Positions 38,706-52,258 of a DNA stretch of 64,000 bases are shown here, in pieces. Numbering within the stretch: the stretch's first letter is position 1; every line of letters starts with the position of its first letter. The notes below the pieces were generated by a model. It did not search any database, was not told the DNA's origin, and worked only from the letters and a program-made list of their open reading frames with translations. The DNA lies in the NCBI GenBank assembly GCA_028534125.1, contig CM052818.1:18478001-18542000 (forward strand), written 5' to 3'. The stretch comes from Lama glama (Eukaryota). Made by a program: the position numbers and the translations under genes.

Positions 38706-38862
38706 CTGTCTTGGTCCCTTTGGCTGCTGTAACAAAAAGGTAATAGACCAGATGGTTTAAACAACAAATATTGAGTTCTCACAGTTCTGAAAGCTGGGAA
38801 GTTCACAGCACTACAGATTCAATGTCTACTGAGGGCCCACTTCCTGGTTTATAAATAGCCAT
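38706..38862 (-). mobile_element. MLT1A/MST-like LTR fragment
   Basis: TGTCTTGGTCCCTTTGGCTGCTGTAACAAAA...TTTAAACAACA...TTCTCACAGTTCTGAAAGCTGGGAAGT...GAGGGCCCACTTCCTGGTT. Confidence 0.7.
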
Positions 38863-38864
38863 CA

Positions 38865-39195
38865 AGTTATAAACAGATGAACAAAATGTGGTACCACATA
38901 ATATGACTTGACAATGAAAAGAAATGTAGTGCAGATGGATGTTATGACACAGAAGAAACTTGACAATATTATGCCAAATGAAAGAAGCAAGACACACTAA
39001 AAACACAAGGGATGTGATTCCATTCATATGTCCAGAATAAGGAAATCCATAGAAATAGAGAGTAGATTAGTGCCTGGAAATGAGTCAGGACAGTGTGGGG
39101 AAGGAGTGAGAATAAAGAATGACTGTTAATGTGTATGGTGTTTCTTCTGGGGATTGTTGAAAATGCTCTAAAGTTAGATTGTGATGATGGTTTTT
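38865..39195 (+). mobile_element. Old L1 3' UTR fragment (L1MB/MC-like)
   Basis: ATGAACAAAATGTGGTA...GATTCCATTCATATGTCCAGAATAAGGAAATCCATAGAAATAGAGAGTAGATTAGTG...TAGATTGTGATGATGGTT. Confidence 0.75.
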
Positions 39196-40664
39196 TAAAG
39201 TATCTAATTTAAGAAAAATGCAAAAGTGAGTTTGGAAACCTAAGAAAAGTAATGGATGATGACATGCCAAAATTTAGGTTTCTCCACCAGAAAGACGAGG
39301 AACTAGATAGAATATGTAAAATGAGGTCCATCATTTTACACTTAAGTCCCATATAAATTTATATGGATCCCACCTACATAATCATATGCTTTGCAAAATT
39401 GACAGGACAGCAAACCTACTTGGGGCCCATCAAGAATCTGGAATCTAATCTTATCTCTATCTGTAGTTTGCTGTGGAATTTGTTCACATCAAACCTGTAT
39501 ATCATTTCCTCATTAATAATTCATCCCTGTCTTGTGTGCCTACACAAGTATTAAATAAGTAAATATGGGGGGAAAAAAAGTGGAAGCCTTTCATGTGTTC
39601 TGAATATCCCAGGATAAACCCACCTGAATGTGTCTGAAGAGCTGGTGAAAGAGCCACCAGGGTGTACTTGCCTGAAGACCTGAGCGCAAGGTGTGCTGGA
39701 GCAGGCTCGTTCCCCTTCTCAAGAGCCAATCCTGTGCCTCTTATATTTTCAGCCAAATAGCAAAAATTCTACCTAATAAAACTGAAAAATGAAAAGAAAA
39801 AAAAAAGCCAATCCTGCACCTCCTTGCCCTACTGTTTGTTCAGTGACATCACATTGGTAGTTTGAAATCAGCCATTGTGGAGTTTTAGAATGAGACCCAT
39901 TCTCTTGGCTTACTTAGTCCAAGATGCTCTTTACTTGGGCCATTTCCTTTCTGAAGACCTTACAGCTAGGGATCTTGTGAACTCACATGAGTGCTTTAGG
40001 AGTGAGTGCGGCAGTTCAGCGATTAAAACACCTGCTTTGGAGTCTGTGTGACAGAGGCTCCAGTCCTGGCTCTGACATTCGCTAATTACTTAACCCTTAA
40101 CCTCTTTTCTGGAGAGCTGGTTGATGGGCACAGCACTGGCAGCTTCCAGGGAAGATTCACATTCTAATGATATCGTGGCTCACAATTTGGTTTAAGGACC
40201 ATGGGTCAGAACCTAAGGGAGGGGCCGTCTTGAAGACAAAACAATGTCTGTCCTTTAAAATTGTCCTCCAGCAGAAACTAAGTCCTAGAGAAAGAGGGGC
40301 TGTCATAAGAGCAGGTAAAACCTGAAAGAGATGCTTCATAAAGATCTCTGAGCCACAAAAAGCAAGAGCCCAGGGGAGCCCTCCGGTTCCTAGCAGCTCC
40401 TAGCTAGCAGACTGTGGGGACTTGAGCACCCTGCACAGGTCCCCGCCCCACCCAAGCTGCATTTGCACCAGCCCACACTTGGAATAAATGGAAAGAAAAG
40501 GGAGACAGCCATCTCAGACTTGTGAATTGGTTTGCACATACACATTAACTACTGACATGAACAACCTGCTTTAAGGGTCTGTTGGCTAATTCTTATTTTC
40601 TGCATCCTCTCCTCCAGAGCCCAGGAGACACTTAAACCCTTAGGTTGGATGGTTGGCTCTTTCA

Positions 40665-41155
40665 TTTTTTAATAATAGCTCTATTGAGGCATAATTCACA
40701 TAGCATACAATTTAGCCTTTCAAAGTGTATAACTGGATGGGTTTTAGTATATTCATATATACAACCATCACCACTATTCAATTTTAGAACATTTTCATCA
40801 CCTTGAAAAGAAACCTTGTATACACTGGCAATCAATCCCCATTCCTCTCACTGCCAGTCCCAAGCAACTACTAACCTACTTTCTGTCTCTATGGATTTAC
40901 CTATTCTGAACATTTTATCTACATAGAATAATTCAATATATGACATTTTGTGACTGGGTTCTCTCACTTAGGACAATGGTTTCAAGATTCAAGCTATAGC
41001 ATGTTTTAGTACTTCATTCCTTTTTATTGCCAAATGATATTCCATTATATAGATATACCACATCCTGTTCATCCATCCATCAGTTGATAGAGATTTGGGT
41101 TGTTCCCACTTTTTTGCTATTATGAATAATTCTATGAACATTCATGTTCAAGTTG
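40665..41155 (-). mobile_element. L1MB-like 3' UTR
   Basis: TATTGAGGCATAATTCACATAGCATACAATT...CTACTTTCTGTCTCTATGGATTTACCTATTCTGAACATTT...TTTGGGTTGTTCCCACTTTTTTGCTATTATGAATAAT. Confidence 0.85.
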
Positions 41156-44100
41156 ATGCCCAACTGTATTGGCTTTTGAATCTCTGCCCTGGCTGTGCTC
41201 CTGGCCAGGTAGTCAGACATGCAATAACAGGTTTTCTAGGCTCCCCGAGCTCTGCTTTCTCAACTCTGTGCATTTTCAAAGAGACAGGGCACATTCATTC
41301 TTTGCTGGTCTCCCTGCCTCCAAGCTCTTTCCAACTCTAGTTCTCCACACATTCTGACACTAGGTTTACTTTTCTTGGCTTTGATCTTCATGGTACCGAC
41401 TCCATGCTCAAGAGCTTTGGCCAAGGTCTTGCCCTCAAGGTGTGGCATCCTCACTATGCCCTACCAGCTTCACTCCTTTCTATACTTCACCCTGGCAACT
41501 GCACTGAAAGCCTCTGTCTCTTCATACCACTCATTCCTAACTTCATCCAATATCTATCTACCAGGAGTTGCCTTACACATCCCTCCTCCTCCTTAAGCTC
41601 ACCTCTTCCTTCATCCAGCAAACATTATTTAATTCTTATTAAGTGCCCAGGCACAGTGCTAGGCATTGGAGACATCAAGAGATGAACTGGAAAAGAGTCC
41701 TGGCCTTAAGGCATTCATTTGATGTATCTGAGTACAGTAGTGGGCAGTGGGACTGGGGAGGCTGAATAGACACATTAACAGAGAATGAAGAAGCAACATA
41801 GCCACACAGAAATGGCCTATTTGTCCAGTCCCATTAATGACTTATCCAGCCCTTGCAGAGTCTTTTTCTGACTCCAGATGAAGTTTTTGATAATTTTTTT
41901 TGATCCAGAGTTTTTATAACTAAAATTTTGAGAACTCTTTTTTTTCCACATATACACTGAACAAACAAACAAACAAACAAAAGATAAGCAAATCCCATTT
42001 GCCTCAAGCAGTAACTGAGGCTGGAGAGTGGGAGGCACTCTTGGATTGCCCTGGACAACCACATCTGCACCCTTTCAGGATTATCTGAATTGCCATGACA
42101 ATGACCCAAGGGCTCTTCTTTGGATAAACCCTGTAAACACTCAGCTGATTTTAACCAGACCTAACTGCATGCCCTTGAAATCTGCATGTTGTTTGAAAGA
42201 AAAAAAAAGGGGGGGGTAGTGAGGAGGGGGAAGGAGGGAGATGAAGAGAAAGCCTGAAGCAAGGAAGAGGCCAGCGAGGCTGCTCAACCTTGGAATAATA
42301 CTCAGGTCAAGTACAAAGAGAGCTCACTTGACATCCTGATTTCATCTTCCTTTAAAAATGTTGAGGTACCTGCCCACCCAGGTCAAACTCCAAGTATCTC
42401 AGGGTCTCAGAACTTTCCCTCCCCTATTGGCCAGACCACTGAAGAGGGAGGGAATGAATAGAGCTTAATTCCCCAAGGGTTCTTATTCATACCCTTGATC
42501 TAGAGCTTGGCCTCTGCTAGACTGTAATGTGACTACATTTAGACTTCAGAGTCCTGGTGCCTACTTTCCAAACACTCTCACCCCTGGCCCTGATTCAAAC
42601 TGAAGATCAACTGCCCCAATCACAAAGATGGACACACTGAGGCCTAGAAAACAGACTAGATACTCATCAGGCAGGAATATTGTAGATGAAATGCCTTTGC
42701 CAAAAGAAGGTTGGGCTATATGACCTCTAATTCCATTCCAACACAAGGGCTCTACAATTCTAAGACTTGTCAAAAGGAACCCAGCTATTTATAGGCAAAG
42801 CCTGAATAAGAACCCAGGTCTGTCCACTGCCAGGAACTACTGGAGGATGAACCCCAGTTTATCTTTGCTGATGAATCCATCATTGGTTTGAATTTTTCAG
42901 CTTGAATCTTAAACACCTGTTAAGCACCATACAAACATCTTCATAATTTTCATGGGGAAAGGAGAATACAAGCAGAGGGCTGAAGAAGGAATAAAGCAAG
43001 ACGACATTCAGAACTCCCTTTATGCAACTGATATTTTCATTTGAAGCTGCAAATGCAACCACATTTTGCAAACAAAATTCCACTTTTAAATGAAAAGTTG
43101 CTGCCCTGTAAATGGATTTTACAGTGAATTCTTATAAAGGGGATAATCCTTCTTGTAAAGTGAATGACTACTCCTTAATGTATTAAGATAGAATATTTAG
43201 ATGTTTTCGATTGGTTTTGATTATAGCTTTACCTGTATCTTGTGATCATTTTACAGATAGTAAATGAAGCTCCAAAAGGGAGTCCTGTCTTGTCCAAGAA
43301 CACCCTGGGACAAACTCAACACAACTGTGACTCTCAGATCCCTTCCCCAACCACCCAACCTCATGGCCCGGGTCTCCAAGGAACTTCATCTGATCTCTTC
43401 ACCTTGCCTACATGAGAGCCCAGAGCTCCAAGCTGGCCACAGTTTCAGGTTTTTTTAAGCAAGGCTTTCAAACAACTTTGTGCAGGATTCTGGCAAAGAA
43501 GAGGCCCATCTCCCTGACACACAAAGCCACTCTGGGTTTCCCTAATCCCTAAGCAATTCCCTGCCTTCTGTGTCTTATTTCTTAAAAGGAACATAAGCTC
43601 CTCTGACACTGACCTGGACAAGTGCCATGCACTTGGGAAGACAGGGGAAAAGGACAAGCAGAAAACATCTTTAAGCACATTATCAGCTTGCTTGATCTCT
43701 GCAGGCTGCTCTAGTCAGCCTGACACCCACCTCCAGAGGAGGGACCCTTGAGACCACAGGCCGGCAAAGCATGGGCTCCCTGGGAAATGCTGAGCTGCAA
43801 AAACAAACTGCTCCTTTTCTTAGAACAAGCACTCCTGCAAATTCACCTTTACTAGAACAAAAAGCATTATTTTTTTTCTTTTCCTCCCGCTTTGCTTTAA
43901 TGTTACAGCCACTGACGTCATACTGCTTGTTGATCAGGTCGCTCATTTGCCAATTAAGCACAAGCGAGAGCTCTTGAATTGTCAGAAGTTGATTATTACC
44001 TCTTGTAAGAGTATGTAACTTTCTCCTAACTATTTAAGCCTTCTCTTTCCAACTGAGGCAGAGCCCTATATGCCTCTGCTTTGCCCAGAGTCTGGCTAAT

Positions 44101-45511
44101 GTTTAGGAAAGAGTTGGCACTCAATACACTCATAAATCTGTGGATAAGAATTTTTAAAGGGTGAGAGCCATTATGAATCTCAATCTATAAACTGAGACAT
44201 GCAAAAAAAATCGGTATCTTCATTTTCATTAAATCAATTTAATTTCAATTTTAAGTGCTCATCCTCCCAAATTTGCAAAAATTGCAGTCTCAGGAATTGC
44301 TGGTGTTTCCTTCATCCTCAGGGTCTTTCCAGAATCCAGTAGGCTTCTATGGTGTGTAGAATATCAGAGTAAGGGCCTCAATCATCTTGACCATCATTGT
44401 CACCACTAACATCTTCACTGTCTCCTACAGTGAACTCTTGAAGTCTGATATCTCTCCATTTCCATGCTCAGCCAGAAGAAAAGGAATTTTTTGCCACTGT
44501 GAGCAAAGAGGCCTGAGGCCAGGGTCCCTAGGTTTATCATTCGCCCCTCCCTTTGGGCAAGGAGCTCTCACATTGCAGACCCAAGTCCTTGCCAAGCGTT
44601 TTCACTGCCTCCTCCTCGGTCCTGGTGCTTATTAAAGTCTGAGGGAAATCACACTCCCACTCCTCTTGCTGCTCTTATTGGCCCCTGTCAGCCATCAGAG
44701 CCTCTTCAGTGAGGTCATCAAGGCCCGGCAGGGTGGACTGTTACTCAGACTGCAGTAAGGAAGTCAGCCTGCTTGCTGGAAGGAGTAGGAAGAAGTCCTT
44801 GTCACTTTGGAGCAATGGAGCCAGGAATAGAAAAGACCACGTGTAGAATGAAGAGAGACACTGTGTACTATTGGGTTCTTTGCTTGTAAGGAACTGAAAC
44901 CACTTCTGAAAAAATATAGACAAAATAATAACAATAATTTATTGGGACGACAGAACATTGGGTTATGTCCTAGAACCGAAGGAAGATCTGAACAAGCAGT
45001 CCTCAAGAAAGCCAGGAAAAGAGCAGTGCCAAGAATTTCAGTCCAAATTTCAGAGATGCAAGAAGAATGATTCAGCACTGACCATTTCTGCTGTCAAGTC
45101 ACTCCACTGCAGACTAAATTCCCAGGAGAGAGTCTGATGGGCCTAACCCAGGTCATGTGCTTGCCACCTCTTGAGTAAGAGAGTTGGAGGCCATGAAGCA
45201 CTGATATCAATAGGTTAACCAAACACACTGAAGAGGGGACAGAGACTCCTCATAAAAGAAGAGCAGACTGCTGCAACCAAGTGGAGGGAAGACTAAGTAG
45301 GCAAAATGACTAGTGCCCATCATCATAGAAGAGAGCCTTTCCAAGTAACAAGTAGCCAGGGACATAGCATTGCATGTGGAGAAGAGTAAAACATACTCAT
45401 CAATATTGATGACACTTGATACTTAAGTGAACTTGGAACATTTGCAGATATAAAAACTAAGAGCTGGCTGAAGAAAAAGTATATAAGCATTAATATAAGA
45501 AAGTGATATGT

Positions 45512-45668
45512 GGGAAAGGGTATAGCTCAGTGGTAGAGTGCAGTGCTTAACATTCACAAGGTCCTGGGTTCAATCCCTGATATCTCCAATAAAAAATAAT
45601 AACAATAAACAAACAAATAAATAAACCTAATTATCTCCCTCCCCCACACCCCCTAGAATAAAAGGAAA
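45512..45668 (+). mobile_element. tRNA-derived SINE (Vic-1-like)
   Basis: GGGTATAGCTCAGTGGTAGAG...GGTCCTGGGTTCAATCCC...AAATAAACCTAATTATCTCCC. TSD AAGAAAGTGAT (45497-45507) / AAGAAAATGAT (45669-45679). Confidence 0.85.
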
Positions 45669-45899
45669 AAGAAAATGATCAACCCCAGAGTAGACTGTGT
45701 GGGGAGAGAAAAGAAAAAGCCACATCCTACAGGGTCAGGATATTTGGAAACACTTAGAGAAGAAAAGCACGAAGCAGACCAAAAGGAGGACTGGTTTCTT
45801 AGGAATAAAGATTTGATTAACTGTTTTGAAAGAAGCAACTTAAGATTTATTCAAGAATCTTACTCCAAAACCATATGTCATTTCTGGATGAAAGTATGT

Positions 45900-46410
45900 C
45901 ATTTATACAACAGAATACTACTCAGAGATTAAAAAAGAATAAAACAGTGCCACTTGCAGCAACATGGATGGACCTGGGGATTGTCATTCTAAGTGAAATA
46001 AGCCAGAAAGAGAAAGAAAAATACCATATGATATCACTCATATGTGGAATCTAAAAAGAATAGAAGAAAAAAAGAGGACACTAATGAACTCATCTACAAA
46101 ACGGAGACAGACTCACAGACATAGTAAACAATCTTACGGTTACCGGGGGAAAGGGGGTGAGAAGGGATAAATTGGGAGTTCAAGATTTGCAAATGATAAG
46201 CACTATATATAAAAATAGATTAAAAAAACCAAATTTCTTCTGTATAGCATAGGGAACTATATTCAATATCTTGTAATAATCTTTAATGAAAAAGAATATG
46301 AAAATAAATATATGTATATATATGCATGCCTGGGACATAATGCTGTATACCAGAAATTGACACATTGTCACTGACTATACTTAAATATTTAAAAATTGAT
46401 GATTAAAAAA
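45900..46410 (+). mobile_element. Young L1 3' end with TSD
   Basis: Same family as the copies at 9478 and 51670. TSD AAAGTATGT at 45891-45899 and 46411-46419. Confidence 0.88.
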
Positions 46411-47087
46411 AAAGTATGTAGAACAAAAGAAAGGATGAATGAAAATGTCTAGGCTACCTATGTAATGAAATACACACAATTCTCATAATTATGTGTGAGT
46501 TCACTTACTGTCAGCTAATTTCTTCATGGTCTTCACAAAGTTCCTACTTAAAGAATCCATCCTGTTATTATTAAATATTGATATCTCGACTGGGTATCAT
46601 TCCAGAGAAGATTCTGAGCTCAACGAGGGCAAAAGCAGGTATGCAGTACCAAGTACCACACGGCATCTCAAGAATTATTTCTCTGTGTGAGCACTGCATG
46701 AGCATAAAGCCTGAAATGTAGCATTTAAAAAACAAAAAAAGCTATATCAAGGCAAAATTTCTCAAACTGGTATTGTACAAATTAGCTCTTTAAGATTTTT
46801 CTTGAGGGGAAAAAGAAAGAATGGGGTTCCGTGAATTAAAGGGAACAGAGACTAAACCTGAGAGCAGAGACCACCAAGGTAGTTCACTGGCCAGGGACTG
46901 AGGACCATGATAAGGAAAGTAGCTGTGAAAGCAGAGCAAAAACAAAAAAAACAGGGAACAGCTAAGCAAGGACTCCCATTTAGGAAGTAAACTCATCAAA
47001 GAAGTGTCTACTAGTGACCCAAGGCCTAGAGGTCACATCCTCTTGTTCTCAACCAGCAGCTTATCTCTCTTTCTCAGGAATAAGGAG

Positions 47088-47437
47088 TTCAGCAACAACG
47101 TGGGTGAATCTCAAAATAATCACGCTGAATGAAAGAGACCAGGCCAAAAAGAGTTTAAGCTGTATGATTCCATTTATATAAAATTCTAGAATATGCAAAC
47201 AACTCTGCAGTGATAGAAAGCAAATTAGTGGTTAACTGAGGATAGGGCTGTTGGGATGGGTGCAAGAGGAGGGCTGAACTATAAAAGGACGGGGGAAACC
47301 TTGAGGGGTGATGGATATGCTCATTCTCCTGATTGTTGTGATGGTTTTACATGTGGTGATGCCCAAACTCATCAAATTATACACATTAAAATTTTACATG
47401 TTATTGTATATCAATTATACCTTGAGAAGTCTGCTTA
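47088..47437 (+). mobile_element. Old L1 3' UTR (L1MC/MD-like)
   Basis: GGTGAATCTCAAAATAATCACGCTGAATGAAAG...TGTATGATTCCATTTATATAAAATTCTAGAA...TATTGTATATCAATTATACCT. Confidence 0.8.
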
Positions 47438-47477
47438 AAATAAAAGAATATGTCATTCATGGAGCTTTGATCTACAG

Positions 47478-48531
47478 CACAGTTTCTCAGTCTCAGCATT
47501 AATGACATTTGGGGCCAGCTAGCTCTTTGCTGGAGAGGCTGTTCTGTGCATCGCAGGATGTTTGGTGGCATCCTTGGCCTCTATCCACTACATACCAGTA
47601 GCACCTTGTGATACTGTGATTTATAATAAGAAATATAGATTTGATCTCCATCCAGTCTTCCCGTCCCACAGCTCCTAAAATCCTTAGAATTTCCTTAATG
47701 ATGAGAATGGCCAGGGTATCTATTGTTATGTTAACAAAGTGATTTTTGGAAAGCATCTAGGCAACCTAAGGATGGGGGCTGGTTGCCAGGGGACCCAACC
47801 ATGTGATTGGAGGGTTGGAACTTTCAGTCTGCACCCTCACCTCCCGGGAGAGGACAGGGGTTGGAGGTTGAATCAATCACCAATGGCCAGTGATTTAATC
47901 AACTACACCTATGCAATGAAGCCTCCATAAAAACCCACAGAATGGCTTTGGAGAGCTTCCAGACTGGGGAACCAGAACATTTCCACCTGCCACTGTGCTA
48001 GGCCCCAAACTCCAGGAAGACAGTAGCTCCTTTGTTTGGGAGCTCACTCTGTGTATCTCTTCATCTGACTGTTGATTCATATCCTTTAATATCCTTTGTA
48101 ATTAAGTGGTAATCTAGTGAGTAAACAGGTTCCTGACTTCTGTGAGCCACTCTAGCAAATTAATCAAACCCAAAGAGGGGGTTGTGGGAACCTCTGATTT
48201 ATAGCCAGTTGGTCAAAAGCGCAAGTAACAACCTGGGCCTGAAATTGGTCTGAAGTGGAGGGAAGTCTTGTGGGATGGAGAACTTGCCCTACAGAATCTG
48301 ATATTACCTCTGGGTAGATAGTATCAGAATCGAGCTGAATGACAGGACACCCAGCTGGTGTCAAGAGTATGGTTTGGTGTGGAGGAAAACAACTTACACA
48401 CTGTAACTGGTGATCAGAATCATTAACCGCCCCATCAGCAGTGATAAGCAAAAAGAACTCCAGACATTGCCACAGGTCCTCTTGTGAGAAGGCGGAAAGG
48501 AGAGAGAATCACCCCCGCTGAGAACGACATG
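47478..48531 (-). mobile_element. MER20 hAT DNA transposon, split into 47478-47606 and about 48426-48531 by an LTR insertion
   Basis: Left part GTTTCTCAGTCTCAGCATTAATGACATTTGGGGCCAG...CCAGTAGCACC continues on the right as ...CTCCAGACATTGCCA...AATCACCCCCGCTGAGAAC, colinear with the reverse-complement MER20 consensus. Confidence 0.8.
47607..48425 (+). mobile_element. MER21B-like LTR
   Basis: Starts TGTGATACTGTGATTTATAATAAGAAATATA. Contains GGGGCTGGTTGCCAGGGGACCCAACCATGTGATT and TTCTGTGAGCCACTCTAGCAAATTAATCAAACC. Confidence 0.8.
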
Positions 48532-49908
48532 TCTATAGGGATTTAGCGGGTTATAAAGGAGGAAAAAGAAGAGACTAGCCTGAGTCTGTGAGGACCAGGG
48601 AATTCATCCAGACCTAATAATCTGCGTTTTGGACAGAACAGAGCTGCAAGCTAGGTGGCAGGGGGTGGCCGGAGGGCTCTGAGGCTCCTGGCAGGAAGGC
48701 CATGAAATGCTGCAGGAACAGAGAAGGCCTAACAATGTCAAAGTCAGGCCCAAGGGGACAGTGAGAAGGATTTAAATAACACCCTGAATTTGTTTCTATT
48801 TCCCGGAGGGCTTTTATTCATTTTACTGGGTCCTTACAGCATTCATGCGAGGAGGAAAGGGGCGAATATTGCTGTCCTTGTTTTTCAGAGGCAGAAACTA
48901 ACAGCTAGAAAGAGTGTTCATCAGCTCCCCGAGTTCCTGATCTCAGAGCACAGTGTGAGTAAAGGAGGGTTAGATAAACTGTCACCTAGTTAGAGCTTCC
49001 AGATAAGAATCCTGAAGGGCTATGATTAAGGATTCTTAATCTCTGATGGTGATCCAACAAGAAACAGGCTGTAAAATTGTAGGTGAGGAATTTAGTTTAG
49101 GAATTTTAGCTTAAGGAAGCAATTCTGGGGTGAGTCTTGCCAGACAAAGAATGTATGACTGAGGGATGCTGAGGAACATCTTCTGGTGTTTACAAATAGA
49201 GAAATGTACTTCACTGGGATGATTTCAAGTTGCTGATAGAGGGCAGGAGGATTAATTAGAGGGCCATGCCCAGCCCTTCCACCCTGCGATTCTCTGAAGC
49301 AGTCAAAGGAGGAGAGAGGACTTGGGGGAGTAAGAGACTGAAGGTCATGAATTGGGATCTAGATTCAGCATGTTTAGGAAGGGGCTAGATTTCCATGTAC
49401 CCAGTCTTCCCTTTCATGTGTTTCCTTTCACAGATATTGAAACGCCTCCTTTAGAAAGACATAGTCACTGACATCCAGTGTAAAAGTCACAATGTCTCTC
49501 CTGCAACAAAGGAAAACATTACTCTCCTCCAAAAAAAGAAATGCAGACCTGTGCAGGAGGTAGAGAAAGATTTGGGGGGGAGGCCTTCAGACATCACATA
49601 CATAACAGTACATAGTCCACCATCCCCCGGCCCCAAGAAACCCAACTGCAAGCTGACCACTGCAAGAAAATCCACAGAGACTCAGTCACACTAGCATTCC
49701 AATTGGAACCTAGCCAGTTACCAGAATTAATGGCTATCCTTGCATGTGCATTTATATGATAAGATTTTGATGACCATGTTTACATTTTTAGAGTGTCTTT
49801 CTTCTAGGGGGTGCTCAAGGAATATTTCATATGGGTGCTTTCATTTTTTAATAATAAATTAACAACTTTATAGTAAAATATAAACAGAATCATCAAAGAA
49901 GAAAAATC

Positions 49909-51106
49909 CACACAGCAAAAGAAACAATCAACAAAGTGAAAAGACAACTTACAGAATGGGGAAAAAAATATTTGTAAACCATCTGTCTGATAAGGAGTTA
50001 ATATTCCAAAATATATAAAGAACTCATACAACTCAATAACAAAAAAATAAATAATACAATTAAAAATGGGCAAACAACTTAAATAGACATTTTCCCAAGG
50101 AAGATATACAAATGGCCAACAGGTAGATTAAAAGATACTCAACATCACTAGTCATTAGAGAAATGCAAATCCCAAAACCGTAATGAGGTACCATCTCACA
50201 TCTGTTAGAACAGCCATCATCAAAAAGATGAGATAAAAAATGCTGGAGAGAATGCAGAGAAAAGGGAAGTCTTGTACACTGTCGGTGGGATTGTAAACTG
50301 GTACAGCCAGTATGGAACAGTTCTAAAAATAGAACTACCATATGATCTAGCAATTTCACTTCTGCGAGCCTTATAGCCAAATGAAATGAAAACACTAACT
50401 TAAAGAGATATCTGCATCTCCATGTTCATAGCAGCACTATTTACAATAGCTAAGACATGCAAACAACCTAAGTGTCCACTGATGGATGAATGGATAAAGA
50501 AAATGTGATATATATATATCACATTTATATATTTATATTTATAATATACATATATATATAATGAAAAATTATTCAGCCATAAAAAAACAAGGAAATCCTG
50601 CCATTTTCAACAACATGAATGAAACTTGAGGACATTACGCTAAGTGAAATAAGTTACACAGGAAAAGACAAATATCGTATATCTCATTTATATGTGGAAT
50701 CTTAAAAAAAGAAAAAAACTCAGAAAAAGAGATCAGATTTGTGGTTACCAGAGGCAGGGGGTAGAAGGGTGGTGGAGGGCAGATTGGAGGAAGATGGTCA
50801 AACAGTACAAACTTCCAGTTATAAGATAAACAGGGATGAAATGTACAAAGTGATGACTATAGTTAACAGTGATGTATGATATATATGAAAGTTGTTAGAG
50901 AGTAAATCCTAAGAGTTCTCACCATTAAAAAATTGTGGGTTTTTTTTTTTTGCTTTTGCTTTTTATTGTATCTATATGAGATGATGGATGTTAACTAAAT
51001 TTATTGTGGTGATCATTTCATCATGTATGTAAGTTAAACCATTTGGCTATACACCTTAAACTTATACAGTGATGTATGTCAATAAAACTGGGAGAAAAAA
51101 AGAAAA
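49909..51106 (+). mobile_element. L1 (L1MA-like) ORF2 end and 3' UTR with TSD
   Basis: CACAGCAAAAGAAACAATCAACAAAGTGAAAAGACAAC...TACACCTTAAACTTATACAGTG...CAATAAAACTGG then A-tail. TSD AAGAAAAATC at 49899-49908 and 51107-51116. Confidence 0.9.
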
Positions 51107-51669
51107 AAGAAAAATCTCAGCCCTCTTCACCATAAAACCTAGTCTCAAGACATAATGGTCTCTCCTTGCTTTAGTATTGTACAGATACAATTTTTTATAA
51201 TTGCTATCAATGTACCCATATTGTTTTACGGTTTTATTTTACTTAACATTACAGTATCTAGACTTTTTTCCTGTCCCTACCTCATTTATATATTTTTTTT
51301 AAAGTAATGTGATATTCAGTTTGTTAACATACCAGATTATTTAAACAAATCATCACAGTTTGGTCATTCACATTGTTTTTCACTGAAATAGAAAAGTCTT
51401 TTTTATTTTAAGGATCTGTGTGAGTAGTATTTATTCCTTGGAAAACCAATTCCACAAGCAGATACAGAAAGTCTCAGAACTTGGAGATGAAACTTATTGC
51501 AGAACGTGAGGGGAGTACAATGCAGAGCTAAAAACAGCTCTATCCATTGAAGGTCTGTATCCAGAGAGATTAGGCCACCATATCCTCTCCCTGACCCCAC
51601 CCACCCTCCACAAGCAAAGCCACACCCAATCCCCTGACCCACAGAAACTGCGCAAAAACAAATATAACA

Positions 51670-52258
51670 AATATAGCAGCACTATATACAATAGCCAAGA
51701 CATGGAACCAACCTAAATGTCCATCGACAGATGACTGGATAAAGAAGTTGTGATGTATTTATACAATGGAATACTACTCTGCCATAAAAAGAATAAAATA
51801 ATGCCATTTGCAGCAACATGGGTGGACCACCATCATTCTAAGTGAAGTAAGCCAGAAAGAGAAAGAAAAATACTATATGATATCGCTCATATGTGGAATC
51901 AAAAAAAAAAAAAGGACACTAAACTTATCTACAAAACAGAAACAGACTTGCAGACTTATGGTAAATAATCCTATGGTTACTGGGGAAAGGGGGTGGGAGG
52001 GAATAATTTGGGAGTTTGAGATTTATAAATGTTAACCACTATATATAAAAACAGATTTTTAAAAGTTTCTTTTGTATAGCACAGGGAACTATTTTCAATA
52101 TCTTGTAATAACCTTTAATGGAAAAAATATGAAAATGAATATATGTATGTATATGCATGACTGGGACATTGTGCTATACCCCAGAGATTGACACATTGTA
52201 ATTGACTGTACTTCAGTAAATAATAATAATAATTATATATATATATGAGGAAAATGAA
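51670..52258 (+). mobile_element. Young L1 3' end inserted in an MLT1 3' terminus
   Basis: ACAATAGCCAAGACATGGAACCAACCTAAATGTCCATCGACAGATGACTGGATAAAGAAG...GACACATTGTAATTGACTGTACTTCA. Flanks TGACCCACAGAAACTG and GTTGTTTTCAGCTGCTTAGTTCATGGTAATCTGTTAC join into an MLT1 end. Confidence 0.85.
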
